From: Candidatus Nanoarchaeia archaeon
Lineage (GTDB): Archaea; Nanobdellota; Nanobdellia; Woesearchaeales; JACQSR01
NCBI GenBank assembly: GCA_035289105.1
Contig: DATDYF010000050.1
Coordinates: 1 to 7,455, forward strand
Reading direction: 5' to 3'
DNA length: 7,455 nucleotides
Both the position numbers and the translations under genes were made by a program. Below are positions 1 through 5,958 of this stretch, in pieces. Positions within the stretch are counted from its first letter, which is position 1. Each line of letters opens with the position of its first letter. The notes under the pieces are model-generated. The model was given only the letters and a program-made list of their open reading frames with translations. It had not been told where the DNA came from and ran no database searches.

Positions 1-623
1 ACGGCCAGAGGGTAAGCAACGGAGACCAGATAATTACCCTTGAAGGAAAAATCAAGAATATACTAAAGACAGAGAGGATAATCCTCAACCTCCTCCAGAG
101 AATGTCAGGAATAGCAACAGAAACATATTCCCTAACAAAGAAATTCAAAAACATCGCAGCCACAAGGAAAACCATTCTGGGAAATCTCGACAAGAAAGCG
201 GTTTTTATTGGCGGCGGATTGACACACCGGCTTTCACTGGAAGACGGCGTTCTGGTAAAGGATAATCACAAAAAGGCTCTGAAACAGGGGGTAAATGTCA
301 AAAAGCTCCAAAACCTCAAAACCCCCTTTATAGAGATTGAAATCGAAAAGCCATCGCAGGTACTTGAAACTGCCAAAACCCTTATAAAAATAAAGAACCC
401 TGCAGTTAAAATCCTGATGTTCGACAACTTTACACCCGCTCAGGTTAGGGATTCTGTAAAAGTCTTGAAGAAAAAAGGGTTGTATAGCCAAATTCTTCTT
501 GAAGCGTCCGGAGGAATAAACTCTAAAAATGTCACTCACTACAGAAGTGTCGACGTAATCTCAATGGGCTCGCTTACGCATTCAGCTAAGGCGCTGGACA
601 TGGGGATGGGAATTCTGCCTTAA
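1..623 (+). CDS. nadC: Nicotinate-nucleotide (quinolinate) pyrophosphorylase [carboxylating]. The 5' end is cut by the window edge; the reading frame begins at nt 3.
   Basis: The frame is open from nt 3 and translates as GQRVSNGDQIITLEGKIKNILKTERIILNLLQRMSGIATET... It carries the family hallmarks ERxxLNxLQxxSGIAT, ATRKT, AVxxGGGxxHRxxLxDxxLxKDNH, LEASGGI and a C-terminal DVISMGSLTHS. Stop is TAA at 621-623. Confidence 0.9.
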   Translation, partial: GQRVSNGDQIITLEGKIKNILKTERIILNLLQRMSGIATETYSLTKKFKNIAATRKTILGNLDKKAVFIGGGLTHRLSLEDGVLVKDNHKKALKQGVNVKKLQNLKTPFIEIEIEKPSQVLETAKTLIKIKNPAVKILMFDNFTPAQVRDSVKVLKKKGLYSQILLEASGGINSKNVTHYRSVDVISMGSLTHSAKALDMGMGILP

Positions 624-1384
624 AAATTATACCTTGCGAAGATACCGCCGCCAACGCCCCTCGGAATGTCTCTGCTTTGGATTCCAACCTCTCCAACTGC
701 CTCAAAATGCAATGATGGCGAAACTGTATATCTGGCCACAGACCTGCTGTTTACGACATGGCTTCCATCCTCTTTTACCAAGCCCGCAATCCCTGTTGCA
801 AATCTCACCTTTTCCGTTACTTTTCCGCCACCGAGCAATCCGAAGGAAAACTCGTCAGGAGGATTAGCGCCCTTTTTATTTTCACCGCTAAAATTATAAT
901 CAAGTGAAGCGTCAATTTCCAGATTCTTATCTTGTGTTAAGTAAGTGGCATTAACTCCGATTTTTGTATCGTATCTGCCATTTCCTATTGCAATCTTTCC
1001 TCTGGAATCTCCTGTTGGCAATGTTAAAGAGATATAAGGGAGCAAATGGGCGTCTCCAATTCTGCCTCTCGGTCCAGCGCCAATTGAAACATCTCCAATC
1101 CCATTGTCAGATTCCCCCGCAGAACTGACAAACTTGTACGGAAGATTTACAAAAGCCCATTTACCAATACTATCCCCGTCCCAATATTTTAAAATTAAAT
1201 TATTCGTTACAGCCTCGACGCCTTTTTCATTTCTTGAATAACCCACTCTCCCATCCAGCTGCCAGTTTGTAGGGCCCCTTGCACCAATAAAAATATCCCC
1301 TGCCTTGGCTTCGCCTGAGAGTGCTGTTGCTAAGCCCAGTGCCAATGCAAGTTTCGCAATTCTTTCTGCCAGTTTCATAACCAC
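620..1384 (-). CDS. Secreted beta-barrel-like protein. It resembles the bacterial outer-membrane 'MetA-pathway of phenol degradation'/transporter family (PF13557-like), recalled from memory and not searched.
   Basis: 254-aa ORF. The N-terminal signal peptide is M(V M)KLAERIAKLALALGLATALSGEAKA|GD. About 12 short amphipathic strands alternate with G/D/N-rich turns. Motifs include NGIGDVSIG and SLTLPTGDSRGKIAIGNGRYDTKIG, and the C-terminus ends ...GGGIFARYNF on a terminal Phe. The track start at 1384 is GTG. The ATG at 1378 lies about 26 nt from the centre of the TATTTAAATA box and is the more likely true start. Confidence 0.8.
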   Translation of the reverse strand: MVMKLAERIAKLALALGLATALSGEAKAGDIFIGARGPTNWQLDGRVGYSRNEKGVEAVTNNLILKYWDGDSIGKWAFVNLPYKFVSSAGESDNGIGDVSIGAGPRGRIGDAHLLPYISLTLPTGDSRGKIAIGNGRYDTKIGVNATYLTQDKNLEIDASLDYNFSGENKKGANPPDEFSFGLLGGGKVTEKVRFATGIAGLVKEDGSHVVNSRSVARYTVSPSLHFEAVGEVGIQSRDIPRGVGGGIFARYNF

Positions 1385-1398
1385 TAAGAGGTAGTGAT

Positions 1399-1408
1399 TA
1401 TTTAAATA
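1399..1408. promoter_or_regulatory. Palindromic TATA-like box TATTTAAATA in the divergent spacer, probably the promoter of the minus-strand barrel gene
   Basis: Perfect 10-bp A/T palindrome. Its centre lies about 26 nt from ATG 1378 on the minus strand. No SD motif is present. Confidence 0.45.
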
Positions 1409-1437
1409 TCTTTGTGGTATCCTAACAATGCCATAAT

Positions 1438-1446
1438 CTTTATAAG
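1438..1446 (+). promoter_or_regulatory. TATA-like box CTTTATAAG for the TrmB-family gene
   Basis: Its centre lies 27 nt upstream of GTG 1469. The same spacing is seen at the other genes. Confidence 0.45.
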
Positions 1447-1468
1447 TCCATTGCGGTTCTTTGGCTCT

Positions 1469-2206
1469 GTGGCATTGGAAATACTGAGAAAAATAGGCCT
1501 GTCGGAGGGTGAGATAAAAATATACTCTGCAATGCTTGATTTAGGGGTATCCTCGATTAACAGGATTCATGAGAAAACGGGAATTGAACGCAGAAATATT
1601 TATGATATTCTTAACAAGCTGGTTGAAAGAGGGTTGGTTACTTACATAACGGAGAATAAGAGAAGATTTTTCAGCATTTCGCATCCGAGCAAGATTATAG
1701 GGTATATAGAAGAGAGGGAAGGCGAGCTGGAAAGGCTGAAAGATGAGGTTAAAAAGGAAATTCCCACCATTCTTGAAAAATTCGAGTACAAAAAGCCGGA
1801 AATCAAGGCCGAAATTTACCGCGGTGCAGAGGGAGTGAAAGCAGTTTGGGAGGACATGCTTAACTCCAATGGAATTTTCTGGATTGGCTCCGGAAGGTAC
1901 ATCCCAAAAATGCTTCCGCACTTTTTTGCAGGCTGGAATAAAAGGAGAGTGAAATTAAAGATAAAAATGACAAACCTCCTCAGGCACGAATTCAGGGGAA
2001 AAGAAAAGCCTCTGGAACTTGAATCGATGAAGTTCCTTCCTGAAGAATTCAGCGGCAACCCGACAGTAATCGGAATTTACGGAAGCAAGGTTGTCAATTT
2101 CCTTTTCGGCGGGGATTTTTTCGCCTTTGTCATCGAAAGCAGGGAGCTGGCAGAGAACTACAAAAAATATCACAAGTATATCTGGGACAACGTGGCAAAA
2201 CCATAA
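1469..2206 (+). CDS. TrmB-family winged-helix transcriptional regulator
   Basis: The N-terminus LEILRKIGLSEGEIKIYSAMLDLGVSSINRIHEKTGIERRNIYDILNKLVERGLVTYI matches the TrmB wHTH pattern. The track ORF starts at TTG 1412 with a non-protein-like leader (MWYPNNAIIFISPLRFFGS). GTG at 1469 lies 27 nt downstream of a CTTTATAAG box and is the preferred start. Stop is TAA at 2204-2206. Confidence 0.8.
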   Translation: MALEILRKIGLSEGEIKIYSAMLDLGVSSINRIHEKTGIERRNIYDILNKLVERGLVTYITENKRRFFSISHPSKIIGYIEEREGELERLKDEVKKEIPTILEKFEYKKPEIKAEIYRGAEGVKAVWEDMLNSNGIFWIGSGRYIPKMLPHFFAGWNKRRVKLKIKMTNLLRHEFRGKEKPLELESMKFLPEEFSGNPTVIGIYGSKVVNFLFGGDFFAFVIESRELAENYKKYHKYIWDNVAKP

Positions 2207-2215
2207 AATTTAATA
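2205..2215 (+). promoter_or_regulatory. TATA-like box AAAATTTAATA for nadX
   Basis: Its centre lies about 28 nt upstream of ATG 2239. It overlaps the trmB-like stop codon. No SD motif is present. Confidence 0.4.
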
Positions 2216-2238
2216 GCCAACTGCTTTTCCACCAAACA

Positions 2239-2994
2239 ATGAAAATCGCAATCATCGGCTGCGGCTTTATCGGGACTGAAATTGCTAAATTCCTCGATAA
2301 AAAAGATAGCATTGTCATCTCCGGAGTTTCGGACATAAACGAGGAGAATGCCCGCAACCTAATTGCAAAACTGAACCGCAATACGCCAATAATCAGGCCA
2401 ATTTCCGAGAACATAGCCCATGCGGATTTCATCATCGAATCAGCATCCCCCGAAATTGTGCCTTACATCTTAAACCTCGCAAAGGGAAAAAAGGTTTTCA
2501 TAATGAGCGTTGGCGGCCTGCTCGGGCATAAGCTTCCGGATAACGTATTTTTTCCCTCCGGCGCGATTGGGGGATTGGATGCAATAAGGGCCGCTTCTTC
2601 TGGAAAAATAGAATCAATAACATTAACCACCACGAAGCACCCAAGGGCACTGAAGGGAGCTCCATTCGTGGAAAAGAACAATGTTGATTTGGATGTTATT
2701 GATAAGAAAGTAATCTTCAGCGGCAGCGTTCATGACGCAATAAGCGGCTTTCCGACAAATATAAATGTTGCCGCTTCCGTCGCCATCACCTCAAAAGCCC
2801 CTGAAAAGCTAAAGGTGAAAATCATTGCGGACCCAAACATAAAGACAAATACTCATGAAATCGAGATAATCAGCGACTCGGGAAAGTTCTCATTCAGGTT
2901 CCAGAACGTGCCTTCTGATATAAACCCAAAAACATCTAAGCTGGCCGTTTATTCTGCCCTTTCTGCAATAGAAATGTTAATCAGGCAACAATAG
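2239..2994 (+). CDS. nadX: L-aspartate dehydrogenase, the first step of de novo NAD biosynthesis (archaeal/Thermotoga type)
   Basis: 251 aa. It has an N-terminal Rossmann motif MKIAIIGCGFIGTEIAKFL. The C-terminal domain carries PSGAIGGLDAIRAASSG, NINVAASVAI and NTHEIEI (the conserved His region), typical of the NadX/AspDH (TM1643-like) family. nadC lies in the same neighbourhood. Confidence 0.85.
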   Translation: MKIAIIGCGFIGTEIAKFLDKKDSIVISGVSDINEENARNLIAKLNRNTPIIRPISENIAHADFIIESASPEIVPYILNLAKGKKVFIMSVGGLLGHKLPDNVFFPSGAIGGLDAIRAASSGKIESITLTTTKHPRALKGAPFVEKNNVDLDVIDKKVIFSGSVHDAISGFPTNINVAASVAITSKAPEKLKVKIIADPNIKTNTHEIEIISDSGKFSFRFQNVPSDINPKTSKLAVYSALSAIEMLIRQQ

Positions 2995-2997
2995 GGA

Positions 2998-3006
2998 TTT
3001 ATATAA
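2998..3006 (+). promoter_or_regulatory. TATA box TTTATATAA for the 121-aa ORF
   Basis: Its centre lies 24 nt upstream of ATG 3026. Confidence 0.5.
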
Positions 3007-3025
3007 GTTAAGGATAAGCTAAAGC

Positions 3026-3391
3026 ATGGTGCTCGCACAGCATGAAAACATTAGGGGAGCCCTTTCTCTGCTTGAAAGGGAGCTGAAAAATGTAGGCGGA
3101 ATATTCTTCAAGGGCAGAAAGAGAGCTGCTAAGTTTATAGAGTTGCGGGAAATACTGCTTCCTTACTCTCCCGCCGAGATAATAGGTGCATTAAGGCCCC
3201 TCATCGACACAAAATACAGCCTTGTCATAGAGATGATTCAAAGGACAAGGTATTTATGGGGCACGTGCTCTGAATGCCACATCGGCGATGTCGTAGAAAA
3301 AGAATACGAACATATTAACGATAAGGGGTACACTATTGAAAAGTCCTGCTCCGCAGTTTGCGGGTATCGCCAAGAGATTAAAATCGGATAG
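3026..3391 (+). CDS. Hypothetical 121-aa protein with a C-terminal CxxC-x23-CxxxC putative zinc ribbon
   Basis: ATG at 3026 lies 24 nt downstream of the centre of a TTTATATAA box (2998-3006). The composition is protein-like, with a helical-looking N-terminal two-thirds. The cysteines are Cys81/Cys84 (CSEC, followed by His85) and Cys108/Cys112 (CSAVC). I recognise no family. Confidence 0.6.
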   Translation: MVLAQHENIRGALSLLERELKNVGGIFFKGRKRAAKFIELREILLPYSPAEIIGALRPLIDTKYSLVIEMIQRTRYLWGTCSECHIGDVVEKEYEHINDKGYTIEKSCSAVCGYRQEIKIG

Positions 3392-3412
3392 GTGATCGTG
3401 GCATCCATTTGT

Positions 3413-3462
3413 CGTCGATAAACTCCATCATTGATGGCTCATCTTAAGCTGCCCCGTCGATA
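3413..3462. promoter_or_regulatory. Candidate operator region upstream of topA: the 8-nt direct repeat CGTCGATA (3413-3420 and 3455-3462) flanks the 13-bp palindrome CCATCA-T-TGATGG (3425-3437)
   Basis: Read directly from the sequence. The repeat copies are 42 nt apart, and the second copy abuts the TATA-like box. Confidence 0.3.
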
Positions 3463-3472
3463 CTTTTTTAAA
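3463..3472 (+). promoter_or_regulatory. TATA-like box CTTTTTTAAA for topA. The T6 run could also terminate the upstream ORF.
   Basis: Its centre lies about 28 nt upstream of ATG 3496. No SD motif is present. Confidence 0.45.
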
Positions 3473-3495
3473 CCAAACCTCAAACTCATCAGTTA

Positions 3496-5700
3496 ATGGT
3501 TGAATTAATCATCACTGAAAAGCCAAACGCGGCCCAAAGGATTGCAGAGGCATTGGCGGACGGAAAGCCGATAAAGGAGTCGAAGAACGGCGTTCCTTAT
3601 TACAAAATAACCCACGGCAAGCACGATATCGTCGTGGCATGCGCAGTCGGCCACCTGTATGGATTGGCGCAGAAGGAGGGCAAGCGCACATTTCCCGTTT
3701 TTGATATTGAGTGGAGGCCGGCAGGAGAGTCGAAAAAGGCCGATTTCTCAAAAAAATATCTTGAAGTAATCAAATCATTGGCAAAGCAGGCAGACGAATT
3801 TACAGTCGCAACAGATTTTGATATCGAAGGCGAAGTTATTGGCCTCAACATTGTCAGATACGCCTGCAAAAAGAAAGATGCAAACAGGATGAAGTTTTCC
3901 ACCTTGACAAAAGAGGACATAGTCGAGGCTTACGAAAACAAGTCAAAAACTCTCGCATGGGGCCAGGCAAAAGCAGGCGAAACAAGGCATTTTCTCGACT
4001 GGTACAACGGAATAAACTACTCAAGGGCATTAACCTCGGCAATAAAATCAGCAGGCGCATTCAAGATAATGTCCACCGGCAGGGTGCAGGGACCTTCATT
4101 GAAAATTATCGTCGGCAGGGAGCGCGAAATAAAGGCGTTCAAGCCAACTCCATTCTGGCAAATCCAGCTTTTGGGAAGAATAAAAGAGGATATAGAAGCC
4201 TGGCATCAGGAAGACAAATTCTGGGAGAAGGAAAAGGCGTTGAAAGTGATGTCAAATGTCAAAGGCCAGAAGCAGGGAAAAATCTCCAGCACGGATACAA
4301 AAAGCTTTGATGCTGCACCGCCAACGCCATTTGACCTTACAACATTGCAGCTTGAGGCGTACAGGACATTAAAAATCTCACCGAAAGACACATTAAGCGT
4401 TGCCCAGGATTTGTACACTTCCGGCTTAATATCATACCCGAGAACATCCTCCCAGCAACTGCCAGATAAAATAGGCTTCAAGAAAATACTCGCAATGCTC
4501 TCTTCTCAGGATGATTATGCAAAACTGTGCAAAAACCTCCTGCAAAAGCCCCTTAAGCCGAATAATGGAAAAAAAACAGACCCTGCGCATCCAGCAATCT
4601 ACCCGACAGGTATCCAGCCAAGGAACCTTGAAGGAAGGCACGCAAGATTGTATGATTTAATTGTGAGAAGGTTTCTTGCAACATTTGCAGAAAAGGCGGT
4701 AAGGGAAACAAATACTATAATTATTGATGTAAACAAGGAGCCTTTTGTTGCACGCGGCATAAGAACCACAACGAAAGGATGGCATGAGTATTACGGGCCG
4801 TATGTGATGCTTGAGGAAAAGGAGCTTCCGAAGGTAAAGGCAAATGATGTCGTAGAGGTCAAAAAAATCTCAATGCTTGATAAGGAAACACAGCCTCCAA
4901 AAAGATACACGGAAGCCTCAATCATCAAGGAGCTCGAAAAAAGAAATCTCGGCACAAAGTCCACAAGGGCCCAGATAGTAGACACATTGTACCAACGCGG
5001 CTACATAGATGGAAAGTCGATTACTGCAACTGACTTGGGGATACGCACAATTGAAGCATTGGAAAAGCACGCCCCAAAGATAATAGACGAGGAACTGACA
5101 AGGCACTTTGAGGAAGATATGGAGATGATTCAGGAAAATAAAAAAAAGCCGGAGGAAGTGCTGAATGAGGCAAAAGGCGCTTTAACTGAAATTATTAAAG
5201 ATTTCAAGGCGAAGGAAAAAGAGATAGGAAAGGAGCTTTTGGAAGCCCATAAGGAAACTCGCGCTGCATTAACGACCTTGGGATTATGCCCGGTTTGCAA
5301 GCAAAAAGATTTGCAGATAAGGCGTGGCAAGTTTGGATTTTTTGCGGCATGTTCAGGATACCCCGAATGCAAAACTACTTTCTCATTGCCCTCAAATGCA
5401 TTAATCAAGCCTGCAAAATCCATATGCGAAACATGCGGCTTTCCGATGGTAACAGCAATAAAGAAGGCGAAAAAGCCCCAGGATTTCTGCCTAAACCCAA
5501 ACTGTCCGTCAAAGCTCATCGGGGGGGAAGCAGGAAAAACAGCAAAGGCAGTTGCAAAGGGAGAGATTGAAAAAGCCTGCCCGAAATGCAAGGAAGGAAA
5601 ATTAGTCTTAAGATCGTCTATTTACGGAAAATTCTACGGATGTTCTAAATATCCCAAATGCAGGTACACCGAGAAGCTTGAACAAACTTTAAAAGGGTAA
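3496..5700 (+). CDS. topA: DNA topoisomerase I, type IA, archaeal-type with three C-terminal zinc ribbons
   Basis: 734 aa. The Toprim domain has ELIITEKPNAAQRIAEAL (catalytic Glu) and ATDFDIEGEVIG (DxD acidic cluster). The active-site motif is GLISYPRTSSQ, with the catalytic Tyr as codon 314 (nt 4435-4437). Three topoisomerase-type Zn ribbons are present: CPVC...CSGYPEC, CETC...CLNPNC and CPKC...CSKYPKC. The gene ends with a tandem stop, TAA TAA (5698-5703). Confidence 0.95.
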   Translation: MVELIITEKPNAAQRIAEALADGKPIKESKNGVPYYKITHGKHDIVVACAVGHLYGLAQKEGKRTFPVFDIEWRPAGESKKADFSKKYLEVIKSLAKQADEFTVATDFDIEGEVIGLNIVRYACKKKDANRMKFSTLTKEDIVEAYENKSKTLAWGQAKAGETRHFLDWYNGINYSRALTSAIKSAGAFKIMSTGRVQGPSLKIIVGREREIKAFKPTPFWQIQLLGRIKEDIEAWHQEDKFWEKEKALKVMSNVKGQKQGKISSTDTKSFDAAPPTPFDLTTLQLEAYRTLKISPKDTLSVAQDLYTSGLISYPRTSSQQLPDKIGFKKILAMLSSQDDYAKLCKNLLQKPLKPNNGKKTDPAHPAIYPTGIQPRNLEGRHARLYDLIVRRFLATFAEKAVRETNTIIIDVNKEPFVARGIRTTTKGWHEYYGPYVMLEEKELPKVKANDVVEVKKISMLDKETQPPKRYTEASIIKELEKRNLGTKSTRAQIVDTLYQRGYIDGKSITATDLGIRTIEALEKHAPKIIDEELTRHFEEDMEMIQENKKKPEEVLNEAKGALTEIIKDFKAKEKEIGKELLEAHKETRAALTTLGLCPVCKQKDLQIRRGKFGFFAACSGYPECKTTFSLPSNALIKPAKSICETCGFPMVTAIKKAKKPQDFCLNPNCPSKLIGGEAGKTAKAVAKGEIEKACPKCKEGKLVLRSSIYGKFYGCSKYPKCRYTEKLEQTLKG

Positions 5701-5708
5701 TAAGATTT
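5692..5708 (+). repeat. Left copy of a direct repeat, AAAGGGTAA-TA-AGATTT. It contains the last codons and tandem stop of topA.
   Basis: It matches 5959-5973 at 15 of 17 positions (exact 9-mer plus exact 6-mer, with a 2-nt indel). Confidence 0.7.
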
Positions 5709-5734
5709 GCTATGCAAATGCCTTTATTTGCAAA
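5705..5734. repeat. Cluster of alternating ATTTGC/GCAAAT hexamers: ATTTGC-TAT-GCAAAT (5705-5719), ATTTGC (5726-5731), and the overlapping TTTGCAAA palindrome (5727-5734)
   Basis: Read directly. The middle GCAAAT can pair with either flanking ATTTGC, giving mutually exclusive hairpins. The cluster lies immediately 3' of the topA stop codons. Confidence 0.6.
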
Positions 5735-5958
5735 ACCAAGCGAGGAAGACCTTCACAGGTGGAGCTCAAGGCAGCTTTTTGGATTGTATGTGGCTTTGTT
5801 TGCTATGGAGAATAGGGGTGAGCTTGGGGGATGAAAGACAAACCCTTAACGATGTCTCAGGCGCCCTGCAAAACAGACCACTGCCGGAAAAATATTTATT
5901 GTCGCATTCAATTGGAGATGAAGCGCTTCGATACCGCTACCGACGTACTTTTCTAGTC
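5709..5958. other. Non-coding, insertion-like segment. It could be a structured RNA or a decayed element of unknown class; the strand is unresolved.
   Basis: It lies in a 300-nt spacer, whereas the other same-strand spacers are 31-104 nt. My hand count over 5741-5950 gives about 48% GC, which is coding-like and much higher than the short A/T-rich spacers. The only long ORF (5707-5967) has a non-protein-like Cys/Trp/Leu-rich translation. Several short helices can be drawn (see findings). Confidence 0.35.

Noticed and set aside
234-2435. Antisense or overlapping track ORFs 234-539(-), 634-867(+), 666-899(+), 1541-1921(-), 1816-2058(-), 1955-2173(-) and 2130-2435(-).
   Set aside because: Each is embedded in or overlaps a motif-supported gene on the other strand or frame (nadC, barrel gene, trmB-like, nadX) and has low-complexity, non-protein-like sequence.
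4569-5526. Homopolymer runs in topA (A8 at about 4569-4576, A8 at about 5140-5147, G7 at 5520-5526) as possible phase-variation or frameshift sites.
   Set aside because: The reading frame is intact through all of them. They encode ordinary Lys-Lys or Gly-Gly stretches. There is no evidence of slippage or an alternative frame with coding potential.
5130-5591. A 153-aa minus-strand ORF inside topA, along with the other antisense or out-of-frame ORFs in the track (3512-3751, 3600-3920, 3854-4060, 3957-4310, 4206-4481, 4432-4641, 4791-4985, 4918-5106, 5286-5570).
   Set aside because: All lie within the well-supported topA frame. Their Phe/Ser/Leu- or Arg-rich translations are the expected shadows of a Lys/Glu-rich gene. 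They have no promoters and no motifs.
5712-5834. A 40-aa ATG-initiated small ORF, MQMPLFAKPSEEDLHRWSSRQLFGLYVALFAMENRGELGG.
   Set aside because: It looks mildly protein-like, but there is no TATA box at the usual 24-28 nt spacing and I recognise no family. It cannot be distinguished from chance or a decayed gene fragment without homology or ribosome-profiling evidence.
5741-5885. RNase P RNA-like motifs. GAGGAAGACC (5742-5751) resembles the CR-I motif GAGGAAAGUCC. GGGGUG...GGGGGAUGAAAGACAAACCC...CUGCAAAACAGACCACUGCC loosely parallels the E. coli M1 stretch GGGUG...GGGGGAAACCC...GUGCAACAGAGAGCAAACCGCC.
   Set aside because: The CR-I match is imperfect. I find no 3' partner strand for P4 (no ACAGAAnnCGGCUUA-like CR-V) and no P1/P2 closing helices. 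The segment is also short for an archaeal type A RNA. This remains worth a cmscan but is not supportable by eye.
5826-5925. C/D-box sRNA signals (GAUGAA at 5830-5835 and 5918-5923).
   Set aside because: Neither is a full RUGAUGA C box. No correctly spaced CUGA D boxes or terminal stem are present.
5901-5944. Possible tRNA or split-tRNA fragment: the TTCGATA-like loop in GCGCTTCGATACCGC, and the GUCG/CGAC closing stem.
   Set aside because: The T-arm would have a 4-bp stem and a 9-nt loop. There is no matching 7-bp acceptor partner, D-arm or anticodon arm. No GTTCRAAT-type T-loop occurs anywhere in the window on either strand.
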